This document shows positions 1 through 9,998 of a DNA stretch of 64,000 nucleotides, piece after piece. Both the position numbers and the translations under genes were made by a program. Under the pieces are notes generated by a model. It ran no database searches. It saw only the letters and a list, made by a program, of their open reading frames with translations, and had not been told where the DNA came from. The stretch is taken from positions 32,001 to 96,000 of IMG/VR virus record IMGVR_UViG_3300019370_000055; one strand, given 5' to 3'. Position 1 is the stretch's first letter, and the number at the start of each line of letters is the position of its first letter. Source of the stretch: a virus (Duplodnaviria; Caudoviricetes).

Positions 1-1389
1 CGGAGTCTGCTGGAACACATCTGCAACAGGAGCAGAAGTTTCCTTTACCTTGCGACCAAAGTTCGCATTCAAGTTTTTCTGTGTGAACATAATTGCACAC
101 TGACTCTGAATATCCTCCAGTGTATACTTGTCACGATCTTTCTTCAGCGCAGTATAATCAGCACTATCAGCCAAATGCTGATCAAACTTCCTAAACTCTG
201 CATCCTTTGCGGCCTCGATAGCCGCAGCCTCACGTTGCTGTTCTGCAACCACATAGGCATCATACTTAGGCTTCATTTCGTCCAACTCGTTCTTGGCGGC
301 AGTATAATTGGCCTCCGCTGTAGCCTTTTCCTCATTAGCAATATCAATCTGGCTATTCATATATGTAGCCACATCAGAAACAGCCTGTTCAAAAACAAAA
401 GGCGCAGAATCTTCCACACCTTCCTCGAAATCAGTATATGTAGTTTTCTTTCGAGTTGCTGTTGCGAAATCAATACTGATCTTATCGCCGTCCATACTCA
501 TCTTCATACCATAAATACGATAATGGTCAGCACGATCCATAACAATTACTTCATCGCCCTGAACATCAACAAAACAATACTGAGAACATTCGTAGCCCCA
601 ACTGTCACGATATTTCTTTTCGCCCAGCACAGCACGAATCTCATCAATCTGCTCCATCAAGTTCAAGGTAAAATTAGCTTTAGGCATAGTTTCACCTTCC
701 TTTATAGTTTGAGTTTCACTTGTTTGTTCAACAGAAATAGTATACTCATGCAATTTGTCTTTGATTTCTTGTGCAATAGATTGAACAGTAAATTTAGCAA
801 TAGCTTCACTATCAATCATTGCTGGTTGAATACTCTCATCTGTTGATGACAAAAGGCAACAACCTTCAAAATTAAATCCTGTGAAAGTAAAAGTGCCATC
901 GTCATTTTCTTCGCCAGTGATTGAAGAAAGTTCTAATTCCATGCTTTGCGGTTTGCCACCATCACGTTCAAAAATAGTAACTGCGTCATCAAATTTAGTC
1001 CACAAAAGAGCATCAACTTGAAAGAACTCCCGACAAATTCCATCGGAACAGACTTTTTCAATCCAACGATAGTTACATGACTCTGGAATTACACCATAAG
1101 CAGAACCAGCGTACACATAATCTTTACCATCTCCGTCTTTAACAGTTTTGTATTTATGTCCCTGAAAGTCTAATTCTCCGTCTGGATTCAGAGCAATATA
1201 CCCCAACACTGGTGTATTCTTGATACTTTCGGCATTAGCATCAACAACTTCCTTTTCAAAAATACTGCCGTTAAAATTTAACCCCGTATGTAAAACATCA
1301 ATCGTTATGGCAAGAAATCTCGAATCTTCTGTTTCCACACAGTTGTTGATTGTAAACGAAACTGGCAAATTTTTTCGTTCATGACCCAC
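1..1389 (-). CDS. prohead protease fused to scaffold, runs off the window edge
   Basis: Spot-read by hand from GTG 1389 (VGHERKNLPVSF...DVLHTGLNFNGSIFEKEVV...NTPVLGYI). In frame with an Ala/Glu-rich helical C-terminal part. Lies directly after the portal. Confidence 0.7.
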   Translation of the reverse strand, partial: MGHERKNLPVSFTINNCVETEDSRFLAITIDVLHTGLNFNGSIFEKEVVDANAESIKNTPVLGYIALNPDGELDFQGHKYKTVKDGDGKDYVYAGSAYGVIPESCNYRWIEKVCSDGICREFFQVDALLWTKFDDAVTIFERDGGKPQSMELELSSITGEENDDGTFTFTGFNFEGCCLLSSTDESIQPAMIDSEAIAKFTVQSIAQEIKDKLHEYTISVEQTSETQTIKEGETMPKANFTLNLMEQIDEIRAVLGEKKYRDSWGYECSQYCFVDVQGDEVIVMDRADHYRIYGMKMSMDGDKISIDFATATRKKTTYTDFEEGVEDSAPFVFEQAVSDVATYMNSQIDIANEEKATAEANYTAAKNELDEMKPKYDAYVVAEQQREAAAIEAAKDAEFRKFDQHLADSADYTALKKDRDKYTLEDIQSQCAIMFTQKNLNANFGRKVKETSAPVADVFQQTP

Positions 1390-1441
1390 TTTCCTCATCA
1401 CCGCCTTTCTTACAAAATTTTAATAACACCAAAAGGTGATA

Positions 1442-2980
1442 TTAACGATTCAAATTAGCATCGGTATCTTTTGTGGTTTCACCTTCCTCGGTTAAATCCA
1501 AACCTTTGCTTTCATTTGTGGGGCGACCCCCTGCTACATCCTCGCCAGTAGACGTATAAGAAGTTGCTAAAGGAATATATTCCTCATGTAATTTCAAAAC
1601 ATGATTTTCCAAGAACAGACTACCAAGTTGTCTGCTGGGGGATTTGCCCAATGCAACACCATAATCAATCTTAAATGGTTCTCCATTTTGTGCTGCTTTC
1701 AAAAACGCATCTGCTACTTCAAGTCTATTGAATACAGTTGAATCTTGAATGCGTAATGCAAATTTAAATGCTGGTTTATTGAATTTCCGCAATTTTATAA
1801 ACCGTGTGAAATATCGTTCACATTGTCTATAAAACCCATAAATAAAAGCAGCATCATTTTCAAGAGACAGCTTAAAAGCTGTTCCAGATGATCCACTGTT
1901 AAACAATTCACTGGACACACCAGCATTGTCATATATGTTTTTAATTGCATCACTTAGATTGTTTGCATTGTTAGTATTATCTTTAAAACTAACCGCTGTA
2001 GCTTTGCCCGGAGCATGAATTAATCCAATATCGTCAGGCATATTAGCTTTATTCATTTCAGCAAAAACAGCAAGCGTTTCATCAGTCAGTAATGGCTTAT
2101 CAACTGCATCTTCATCAATGGGAATCTCAATTACAATAGCCTTATAATTATCTACTCTGGCCTTCTGCATTTTTAGTTTCTTATATACGTCTAAATCAAG
2201 AATATCTTTCACCAATGCTAATAGCAGCGGCATAGGATATAAGCAGGATTCATTCAATTTGAAACATACTTGTTTATCTGCGGGAGGCACATACCATCCA
2301 TCAAAATATTCATCTCCATTTATATATTCAATATACGCCTGTTGAACATAAGCAGGATAAGATGTAATTTCAAGAGGATTAATACCACTTAATCTAATCT
2401 TGAAATTATATACACCATCTTGAATTTGCTTAATTTGGCATATAGACGGATTCATTTTGTGAATGAAGAAATCATAGCTATCTTCAAAAATTAAACCATA
2501 ATAAACATCTTCGACTGTCAACACGCTCATGATTTTAAGCATCTCGTGCTTGAATCCCATCTTTTCAAATTCAGAACAAACATTTGCAAAAGCGTCACGC
2601 ATTTTTGCAATCTTTTCATCAGAATCCAACTCTCCAGTTTTTACATCATACATATCAATGTTGTAATTAAAAAGTCCCATCTTTGAAAAATAATTATTGA
2701 GGCGCATATAGAATTGAGAAATATTCATCAAATATCTACTAACATCAATAATCATATTTGAATGTGCCGCTGGATTATTTAACGCATCCTGAATCCGTTC
2801 AAGAGAATAACTACCAATCTTATATGACCGTAAGATTTCTGTATTCGTGCATAGATCATGAACCATAAGCCTTCTAAATGCACCTAAGTCCAAACGGCCT
2901 TTGCCACTGACAGCATTATCAAACGATTTTGAATCTCGTTCATAATCTACTTGCGAATAAATTACTTTTGTCTTTGACAC
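1442..2980 (-). CDS. phage portal protein
   Basis: 512 aa, between terminase and protease. C-terminal GGRPT acidic tail typical of SPbeta-like portals. Confidence 0.75.
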   Translation of the reverse strand: MSKTKVIYSQVDYERDSKSFDNAVSGKGRLDLGAFRRLMVHDLCTNTEILRSYKIGSYSLERIQDALNNPAAHSNMIIDVSRYLMNISQFYMRLNNYFSKMGLFNYNIDMYDVKTGELDSDEKIAKMRDAFANVCSEFEKMGFKHEMLKIMSVLTVEDVYYGLIFEDSYDFFIHKMNPSICQIKQIQDGVYNFKIRLSGINPLEITSYPAYVQQAYIEYINGDEYFDGWYVPPADKQVCFKLNESCLYPMPLLLALVKDILDLDVYKKLKMQKARVDNYKAIVIEIPIDEDAVDKPLLTDETLAVFAEMNKANMPDDIGLIHAPGKATAVSFKDNTNNANNLSDAIKNIYDNAGVSSELFNSGSSGTAFKLSLENDAAFIYGFYRQCERYFTRFIKLRKFNKPAFKFALRIQDSTVFNRLEVADAFLKAAQNGEPFKIDYGVALGKSPSRQLGSLFLENHVLKLHEEYIPLATSYTSTGEDVAGGRPTNESKGLDLTEEGETTKDTDANLNR

Positions 2981-2997
2981 TTAATCACCGCCTTTCC

Positions 2998-4644
2998 TTA
3001 ATACATTTTTGGCCTACGGTTTAATGCTTGTAGCCGCTTTGCAAAAGATTTTATATCAACATCACTTTTACGACTATCTGTTTCTTCTACTTTAATGATA
3101 AAATATAACAAATATGCTGTCGCAGAAAATCGGTCTTTATCAAACTTATTAACTACTTTCTCAACCGATAAATTTTTTCCGTTCTGAACCAATTTGAGAT
3201 TTCCGACCTCTTGGAAGAACAATTCTTCTTGAACATATGGCATTACTTTAGAATTCAAATCTTCATCTGTACGAATTGAATAATCATCGCCGCCATTCCT
3301 ACTTTCAAGAAATCGAAGCATACAAGAATCAATCACATTAATGAAATTTGAAAGAATCTGTGTTTGACAAGACTGTGCTTTAAGATCATACAAACATTGT
3401 TCGGCTTTTGGTGTCTCTGGCTCTGCGGTAGTGTTCATCGTATCCCAAGCTGGATATGTTTCTCCAGTAATCGGATCATTTTGTGATTTTAACAATTCAT
3501 CAATCAATCCGCTGCCTAATCCATTTCCATCCACTACAACTTTTCTGGCATGATACCTTTTTCTAACTCTTTTTACCATTATTGCTTGTGTTGTAAAACT
3601 AAAGGTATTAGACATATGGATTAAGTTCACTAACTGAATCTCAGTAATCTTCCCATCGGCCCCTCGAATCACCTTGCCAACAGCAATAGATGACTGGTTA
3701 TTACTTTTATTTTGAGAACGTGCAACGTCAACCCCTAAATAATATTCGTCATCATCGCTGGATGCACTGATTTCTGGAGCAGTTAAGGTACGGCAGTTCA
3801 TAAGGCGGTTGATATTGACAAGCGCACCAGTTGAACTACCAACCCAATTACCACCATAGTTCATATCAAAAGCAATCGGGGACATATCTTTTTTCTTTTT
3901 CAAGATTGTACTTTTGCTTGATCCACGTCCATACCAGCAGCCAAGCATCCAATTAGACCCTAATACAATTTTACCATTCAGATCACGCATATCATGGAAC
4001 ATAGATAAATTTCGATTATACTCATCTGAACCTCTAAACCCCGGAGTAGTATAAAAATTGATTTGCTGATTAAGTTCTTCTGGATTAACAATCGCCAGCT
4101 TACCGCAAGTAGTGCGACCAACCTCCACAACAGGCTCAAGAGCATCCTCAAAAATAACATTATCCATCAAGTTAGATTCTTCGATACTAATTCTCTTTCT
4201 ACGTTGTCCCTTACTGGTTTGAGCATTAGCTAATGCGTCAATTCTGGCCCCATTTCTAAAGACGATTAAAGCATCACCTTTAATGAAACTTGTTTTTACG
4301 ATTTCTTTGGCTAACATAGGATAATACCGAACCAACTCATTATATTTATCTTTTAACAGTGCTGCGGCATTTTCCTTTGTCTGTGCTGTTAATGCAAGTT
4401 CAATATTAGGATACCGAATACAAACAATCACCATGTTTGCAAACTCAAGAAATGTCTTTCCATACCCTCGATTGAAGCAGCCATGTTCACTAAAAAACCG
4501 TGTTCCTGCTCTCATGAAAACACGCTGATCAGTATGTAATTTAATAGCCCCCTCTTGAGGGGCCATCAAATCTAATGCAAGATCAGGATACCAAATCCAC
4601 CAGCTTGCAAAATATTCAGCTTTTTTAAGTTCTTCAGTAGTCAT
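2998..4644 (-). CDS. terL: terminase large subunit
   Basis: Walker A RGYGKT, Walker B ISIEES, nuclease motifs YLGVDVAR, VVDGNGLG and DKDRFSA. Confidence 0.92.
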   Translation of the reverse strand: MTTEELKKAEYFASWWIWYPDLALDLMAPQEGAIKLHTDQRVFMRAGTRFFSEHGCFNRGYGKTFLEFANMVIVCIRYPNIELALTAQTKENAAALLKDKYNELVRYYPMLAKEIVKTSFIKGDALIVFRNGARIDALANAQTSKGQRRKRISIEESNLMDNVIFEDALEPVVEVGRTTCGKLAIVNPEELNQQINFYTTPGFRGSDEYNRNLSMFHDMRDLNGKIVLGSNWMLGCWYGRGSSKSTILKKKKDMSPIAFDMNYGGNWVGSSTGALVNINRLMNCRTLTAPEISASSDDDEYYLGVDVARSQNKSNNQSSIAVGKVIRGADGKITEIQLVNLIHMSNTFSFTTQAIMVKRVRKRYHARKVVVDGNGLGSGLIDELLKSQNDPITGETYPAWDTMNTTAEPETPKAEQCLYDLKAQSCQTQILSNFINVIDSCMLRFLESRNGGDDYSIRTDEDLNSKVMPYVQEELFFQEVGNLKLVQNGKNLSVEKVVNKFDKDRFSATAYLLYFIIKVEETDSRKSDVDIKSFAKRLQALNRRPKMY

Positions 4645-5709
4645 TTACTCACCATCCCCATAGTAATCAGGAGGCAAATTAATGAACTCTGAAATCTTTT
4701 CACGGTTTGCTAATGTTGTATCACCCTCAAAAATTCTATATGGATCACCATATTGTTTGAGATATTCTTCTACTTTTTCATCATAGAACTTATACACATC
4801 AGCATACTCAACCTCTGGCTTGCCCTCTAAACGGCGACAATAATTCACGTAGCACCAAATAATAAAATCTGGAGCATCATTAGGCCGATACTTGAATTGC
4901 GGAAGGATTCTGGTTATATCCTGTTCCCTTTCAAATTTTTGAAAGAACTCTGAAAAACAAGTAATACCACCTTGAATATCAATAGCATTTAGTTGCTTTA
5001 ATGCTTCTGAGGCCAGCTTCGACCACTTTTCAGCATCAGCAATTCCACCAGAACTTGTTGCGATTGCCTCTTTTGCTGCAAACCGAACATATCTCAACAA
5101 TAAATTTCGCTGATTACTTGAAATATTCGGATAATCTTCTTTACTATCATCATAAATCCGTTTCATGGTTTCATACTCTTTGGCGGTATATCCTTCACCG
5201 AACAAACGAATTACATCTTCAGTAACAATAAAATCCTCATCACTCAAATAATAAACTTTATCAGCGTTCATAGATTTACGCCTTGCTGTTTCAATACCTC
5301 TTTCTGCACTTGGATTATCATTAAAATTACTATCTTTCCAAGTCTTACTACGATGTTGTTGCATAGAAATATTTTTAATATATTTTCCCACAACGGCATC
5401 TTCAGAAACATCATCTGATCCAGTATTTTTCTTTACTTCGGTTACAGATTTATTCCATAATTTTTGAATAAAAGGTTTATCTAATTGCCGCAAAAGTGAT
5501 TGAAAACTTTCAATCTCAAACTCACCATCATCATTATAACAAGCATTTCTAATGCAATCTTTACACATAGGTATTCTTCCATCGCTATGAAGTGAATTAT
5601 AGCTTACAAAGAAATCACGTGTAATTGATTTTTCTTTTCCACAAGCAGAACAAACCTTTTTAACGACTTTTGTTTTGGCAGTATTAGAACTGCCTGATTT
5701 TCTTGCCAT
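4645..5709 (-). CDS. Zn-finger protein upstream of terL, possible small terminase
   Basis: CSAC...CKDC motif; its stop abuts the terL ATG. Confidence 0.45.
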   Translation of the reverse strand: MARKSGSSNTAKTKVVKKVCSACGKEKSITRDFFVSYNSLHSDGRIPMCKDCIRNACYNDDGEFEIESFQSLLRQLDKPFIQKLWNKSVTEVKKNTGSDDVSEDAVVGKYIKNISMQQHRSKTWKDSNFNDNPSAERGIETARRKSMNADKVYYLSDEDFIVTEDVIRLFGEGYTAKEYETMKRIYDDSKEDYPNISSNQRNLLLRYVRFAAKEAIATSSGGIADAEKWSKLASEALKQLNAIDIQGGITCFSEFFQKFEREQDITRILPQFKYRPNDAPDFIIWCYVNYCRRLEGKPEVEYADVYKFYDEKVEEYLKQYGDPYRIFEGDTTLANREKISEFINLPPDYYGDGE

Positions 5710-5733
5710 ACTGCCACCTCACTTATAATTTTT

Positions 5734-5809
5734 TGGCTCCTGCGACTGGACTTGAACCAGCGACTCCTTGATTAACAGTCAAGTGTTCTACCAACTGAAC
5801 TACACAGGA
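5734..5809 (-). tRNA. tRNA-Asn(GTT)
   Basis: Cloverleaf, anticodon loop CT-GTT-AA, TTCAAGT loop, encoded CCA. Confidence 0.92.
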
Positions 5810-5818
5810 ATATAAAAG

Positions 5819-5842
5819 GCCAAGGGATAAAAACCCCTTGGC
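5819..5842 (-). terminator. hairpin followed by T-run
   Basis: GCCAAGGG/CCCTTGGC stem then CTTTT on the minus strand. Confidence 0.55.
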
Positions 5843-5845
5843 TTC

Positions 5846-5919
5846 TGGTAGAAGGTGTCGGACTCGAACCGCTATACCACATCCCAAATGTGGTGTGTTA
5901 CCATTACACTACACCCTCT
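5846..5919 (-). tRNA. tRNA-Pro(TGG), imperfect T-stem
   Basis: CCACA-TT-TGG-GA-TGTGG arm, TTCGAGT loop, CCA end. Confidence 0.75.
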
Positions 5920-5926
5920 ATATAAT

Positions 5927-6020
5927 CCACAATAGGCCGAACGACACTTCGGCATCTCCATTTCGCCAGTACGCACAATCCGGCATTGGTGATAGCTGCC
6001 TGTTCTATCCTCTATTGTGG
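5927..6020 (-). ncRNA. putative four-way-junction RNA
   Basis: 9-bp closing stem CCACAATAG/CTATTGTGG with three internal hairpins. Confidence 0.45.
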
Positions 6021-6137
6021 CATTGCTGTCTAAAGCAACTACTAAATAATGTGCCTTATTCAGATGTGTTGTAACTCCAGCAACAAAGTTTGTTTATAGC
6101 AAAGAAAGGAGACTCGCTGCCGCTTACCCAAGGCGGC

Positions 6138-6222
6138 TGGTACTGCTGACGGGGATCGAACCCGTATGCCTCAAGGCGAGGGATTTTAAGTCCCTTGTGT
6201 CTGCCAATTCCACCACAGCAGC
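6138..6222 (-). tRNA. tRNA-Leu(TAA)
   Basis: AGGGA-CT-TAA-AA-TCCCT arm, long variable arm, CCA. Confidence 0.92.
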
Positions 6223-6229
6223 ATATTTA

Positions 6230-6472
6230 TTATTCATCCCAAGGAATACAATCATATAAATCGACTGGAGAACTTGCAGTTTTCATTTTAATAAATCCCT
6301 TATCAACTATCTTCCACAATGTAAATTTTTGTTTTTCTGTATTTTGACTTATTTGATACTTTTGACCAGACTTTCTTGCACATAATACTCCTGCTCCATT
6401 TTCAGATGTAGGAATATTCTTTACTACTTTTTCGCTGGTTTCTTCAGATTTCTTTCTCATAAATAACTCCAC
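6230..6472 (-). CDS. hypothetical protein
   Basis: ORF co-oriented with its neighbours. Confidence 0.55.
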   Translation of the reverse strand: MELFMRKKSEETSEKVVKNIPTSENGAGVLCARKSGQKYQISQNTEKQKFTLWKIVDKGFIKMKTASSPVDLYDCIPWDE

Positions 6473-7098
6473 CTATAATGATATGCTGTTTTGCGGTTTC
6501 CTTTACACACAGAACTTATATGTGCAGCAGCACCAGATATTAATTTCACATCATCTGTTTGAAGAACATATCTTGCGGCATCTGTTTCACTCGAAAATGA
6601 TTTTATAAATTCTCCATTCAAAGAAAACATATTGATATTTTTGCCACAGACTTTATTTATAACTTGATTTCCTGAAGCAAGTTTAACATTCCTTATATTC
6701 AATATATTTTTTACTGTAGCTATATCTATACCGACAATTTTTGCTGTTTCTTTTTGATTATGAGTTAATTCATATATGCGAACCACTAAATCATAATCGA
6801 CATACTGTGTACCATCTCCACCAACCGTTGCATTATATCCATTTCTATATGTATCATAATAATTTATCCAATATCTTTCTCTTTCAGAAAGAATTAAATC
6901 ACTACAAGTTTCAACTTCACTTATCTCAAAATTTTCAATACCATATTTTCTTATTGCACGATATAATGGTCTGTTTTGGTATCTGTCTTTCTGGCAATCA
7001 TTACAATGCTCCTTCCATCGCTCTTGAATTGTAAACATTGTCTTACCAATATAACACTTACCATTAATTTTATTTACTATTTTATAAATAAATGGCAT
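6457..7098 (-). CDS. free-standing GIY-YIG homing endonuclease with NUMOD1-like C-terminus
   Basis: FIYKIVNKINGKCYIGKT, RWKEH, ERERYWI, GYNATVGG; C-terminal ISSVCKGNRKTAYHYRWSY. Confidence 0.88.
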   Translation of the reverse strand: MPFIYKIVNKINGKCYIGKTMFTIQERWKEHCNDCQKDRYQNRPLYRAIRKYGIENFEISEVETCSDLILSERERYWINYYDTYRNGYNATVGGDGTQYVDYDLVVRIYELTHNQKETAKIVGIDIATVKNILNIRNVKLASGNQVINKVCGKNINMFSLNGEFIKSFSSETDAARYVLQTDDVKLISGAAAHISSVCKGNRKTAYHYRWSYL

Positions 7099-7117
7099 TT
7101 ATATCACCTCTATTTTA

Positions 7118-7193
7118 TGGTAGGGGCAGTAGGAATCGAACCTACGTTTCTGGCGTGAAAGGCCAGCGTCTTAACCACTTGACTAACGCCCCG
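7118..7193 (-). tRNA. tRNA-Glu(TTC)
   Basis: CTGGC-CT-TTC-AC-GCCAG arm, TTCGATT loop, CCA. Confidence 0.85.
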
Positions 7194-7231
7194 TATTATT
7201 GAATACACCGTTATATCTTTTAAACTTTTGC

Positions 7232-7318
7232 CAGTTGGCTTACTGTTCCTCCTGACATTATTTATTATAATTGATTATACCGTTATTGTCAAGAGGTTTT
7301 TTGAAATTTCTTTAAAAA
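7232..7318 (-). repeat. 87-bp promoter cassette, inverted copy of 45948-46034
   Basis: Exact reverse complement by eye; contains TTGACA-17-TATAAT. Confidence 0.9.
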
Positions 7319-7323
7319 ATTTT

Positions 7324-7398
7324 TGGTGGGAGAAAAAGGACTCGAACCCTTTCCCTTTGGGCTTCAACCAAATGCTCTACCTGTTAAGCTATTCTCCC
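7324..7398 (-). tRNA. tRNA-Phe(GAA)
   Basis: TTTGG-TT-GAA-GC-CCAAA arm, TTCGAGT loop, CCA. Confidence 0.8.
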
Positions 7399-7431
7399 AT
7401 ACCGGGCAGGAGGCACGATCCTCCTGTCCTT

Positions 7432-7704
7432 TTATTTGACGCAATCTGTTAAAGCGTTGCCGGGACGAATCTTCACATAGTCGTGGGCTGGAACTATACT
7501 TCTATCTTTAGTTCCAAAACCATGTCCCAAATACTCTTTCTTTTCCTTACGCTCAATTTTCATGAACCCATATAATGATACAGTGTCACCATTACGAATT
7601 GCATTTACAATCACTGATTCATATGCGTCCATAAAAACAGCAACATCTTTTTTGGATAATTCTGTACTGCTTGCAATAGCAGAAATCAATTCATTCCTAT
7701 TCAT
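7432..7704 (-). CDS. hup: HU-family DNA-binding protein
   Basis: MNRNELISAIA...LSKKDV...GDTVSLYGF...VPAHDYVKIRPGNAL, 90 aa. Confidence 0.9.
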   Translation of the reverse strand: MNRNELISAIASSTELSKKDVAVFMDAYESVIVNAIRNGDTVSLYGFMKIERKEKKEYLGHGFGTKDRSIVPAHDYVKIRPGNALTDCVK

Positions 7705-7712
7705 ACATCACC

Positions 7713-8900
7713 TCACAACTTAATAGCATACTCAATAACTTTTCCTTTTTCTTTTTCAAAAACAAGGAATGTGGCTCCAGCATTTGAGGTTTTATGAATA
7801 GATAAAGAATAATCGTCTACGCCAATAATACTTGGAACATTAATCACTTCCTGATTAATTCCAATAGTTTCACTACGAGAGTGATGCTTATGTCCCGCAA
7901 TCAAAAAATCAAGTTGTACTCGATACATTTGTGAAAAATCTTTAATGGCCTGTTCCATACTTTTCACTTCACCATGAATGCCAAGTAATTTATAACCAAC
8001 AATGTCAGCATAAATGTATCCAGTAGGATTTTTAGTGAAAATAAAATTAGGATTATTGGCAAGCCGTGTAGTTATAATTGCATCCACTACAAGGCTCATA
8101 TTCTCTTTTGTAAATGTACCTTTAGGCTGTCCAAGCATACGAAGTTCTGTATGGTTTCCAGTAGTTGTTTGAAATTTAACACCTACGTGCTTACTTAATT
8201 CATTTAGCCAATGCGAAATGAAATCAGCATAACGCACAGTTCCCTCAACTACGCCATAACGAAGCTGCATTAATTGTTTTACACGCAATAATCCATCTTC
8301 AAAATCGCCCATTGAAAATACATGAATTTGCGAAAATCCTTCTTTTCTTACAATAGAAACAATCTGATCTAACAAATTCCACATTCGACTTTCAAAAATT
8401 TCAGGACTATAAGAATTGATTATCTCATTATGAAGGCCACGAATCTCAAATTCAGTTCCATAATGCTCATCGCCAAACAATAATACGCCTTCCCTATCAA
8501 GCAGTTCAGTATGAATTGGATCAGGAATTACCAATGGCTCCAATTTCTCAACTGCTTGACAGATATGTTCTACAATTAATTCATCACGTGCGTTTTCCCG
8601 CAACCAACGATTTAACTCTAACTTTTCAGTTTGAATTTTATAGCGTTCCTTTTGCAGTTCACGCATCTGAATCGTTGCTTCAGAAGGAGTAGCAGCAGAA
8701 CTTTCCGCAGGATTTTTAATCCAGCCAGCTTCTAAATATTCATAGAATAGTTTTGCCCCCTTACGAATTGTATCATGGTGTTCATCCTTACCAGTATATT
8801 CAGTACGTAAGTCCGCTATATCCTGCCATTCAATAGTAGGATCATTCAAACGTTGAGAGAGCAAATTAAACTGTTGGCTTAAAAACTCTGTTTGTTCCAA
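7713..8900 (-). CDS. calcineurin-like metallophosphoesterase (YonJ-like)
   Basis: GDEHYG, MGDFEDG, GNH, HG and GHKHH motifs. Confidence 0.8.
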   Translation of the reverse strand: MEQTEFLSQQFNLLSQRLNDPTIEWQDIADLRTEYTGKDEHHDTIRKGAKLFYEYLEAGWIKNPAESSAATPSEATIQMRELQKERYKIQTEKLELNRWLRENARDELIVEHICQAVEKLEPLVIPDPIHTELLDREGVLLFGDEHYGTEFEIRGLHNEIINSYSPEIFESRMWNLLDQIVSIVRKEGFSQIHVFSMGDFEDGLLRVKQLMQLRYGVVEGTVRYADFISHWLNELSKHVGVKFQTTTGNHTELRMLGQPKGTFTKENMSLVVDAIITTRLANNPNFIFTKNPTGYIYADIVGYKLLGIHGEVKSMEQAIKDFSQMYRVQLDFLIAGHKHHSRSETIGINQEVINVPSIIGVDDYSLSIHKTSNAGATFLVFEKEKGKVIEYAIKL

Positions 8901-8937
8901 CTGCTATCACTCCCCTTCATGGATAAATATATTATCC

Positions 8938-9120
8938 TTAATCTTCGTTTGCAGAACCATCATCCTTTGCATCAGCATCGGGTGCATAGTCCATACACTC
9001 TTCCATTGTAAGTGTAATCATCATATCCTTCTTTGCACTTTCATGAAACTTCATCAAGGGCTTTAGCTTCTCACAAACCATATAATGATCACAACGCTCA
9101 CACATAAAATTATTAATCAT
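8938..9120 (-). CDS. small Cys-rich hypothetical protein
   Basis: ATG 9120 after an AG-rich RBS; CERCDHYMVC. Confidence 0.55.
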   Translation of the reverse strand: MINNFMCERCDHYMVCEKLKPLMKFHESAKKDMMITLTMEECMDYAPDADAKDDGSANED

Positions 9121-9157
9121 AATATCAATCCCTTTCTTTTTTGAATAAGTAGTTATT

Positions 9158-9985
9158 TCAATCAAGCAAATCTGCCATTGCAGCAGTTTCACTACGTTCA
9201 GTCTTGAGTAACTTTACATAGCCAAAACGCTTATGACCTTTAAGACGATCAACAGCTATCATAAGCCCATTATTCTCAGCAAATGTCTTATGATCGGTCT
9301 GCTTATAATCTCCATTTAACCAAAAAGCAGAACCTTCACCGACACGTCCTAAAAGTAACTGCACGTGTTCCTTGGTCATATTTTCAGCTTCGCTACACAT
9401 GATAATTGTATTCTTAATATCACGCCCACGAATAAAACCTAAATGTTCAACCTCAACTTTCCCGTCATCCATTAAGGCTTCGAGGCCATCAACACCACCA
9501 ACATGGTCTGCTAACGGCATAGCAAAAGGCAGCAACTTATCAAACGCATCTCCCGGCAAAAATCCAAGTGGTTTAGAATTTTTAACTTCAACATTATTCC
9601 GAACCCACATAATTCTATCATACTTTCCTTGCATTACTAAATCCAGTGCTGCCGATGCCATAAGATAATCTTTACCTGATCCAAAACAACCAGATAAAAT
9701 CTTTACTGTAATATCATTGTTATAAAGTAAATCCATAGCAAGACGCTGTTGAGGATTCCTTGGTTTAATATTTCCAGTATAAGAGTTCTTGATTATTTTA
9801 TAAGCAACAGGAATATATGTAGAGCCATTCCACCGATAAAAGTCTTTAATTTGACCTTCAGCATCATAAATCAAAACATATTCGTTTTGTAAACAGTTGA
9901 AAATGTTATCGCTAAGATTTCCATAGAAATCACTTAATCGTGCATCATCACACATGATTTCTTGAAATCCACGGTATTCGTCCAT
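9158..9985 (-). CDS. phoH: PhoH-family ATPase
   Basis: GCFGSGKD, LGFLPG, FIRGRDI, EAEN, LLGRVGEGS, NGDYKQTD. Confidence 0.92.
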   Translation of the reverse strand: MDEYRGFQEIMCDDARLSDFYGNLSDNIFNCLQNEYVLIYDAEGQIKDFYRWNGSTYIPVAYKIIKNSYTGNIKPRNPQQRLAMDLLYNNDITVKILSGCFGSGKDYLMASAALDLVMQGKYDRIMWVRNNVEVKNSKPLGFLPGDAFDKLLPFAMPLADHVGGVDGLEALMDDGKVEVEHLGFIRGRDIKNTIIMCSEAENMTKEHVQLLLGRVGEGSAFWLNGDYKQTDHKTFAENNGLMIAVDRLKGHKRFGYVKLLKTERSETAAMADLLD

Positions 9986-9998
9986 ACGCTAACCACCT

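Noticed and set aside
3728-3742. terL codons TAT TTA GGG GTT GAC match the first five NN of unit 5 with one-base gaps
   Set aside because: The match stops after 10 specified bases, which is expected by chance over six units and both strands.
6060-6137. HDV-like (theta) ribozyme after tRNA-Leu
   Set aside because: Only a simple GCCGC/GCGGC hairpin is visible; I could not build the nested pseudoknot.
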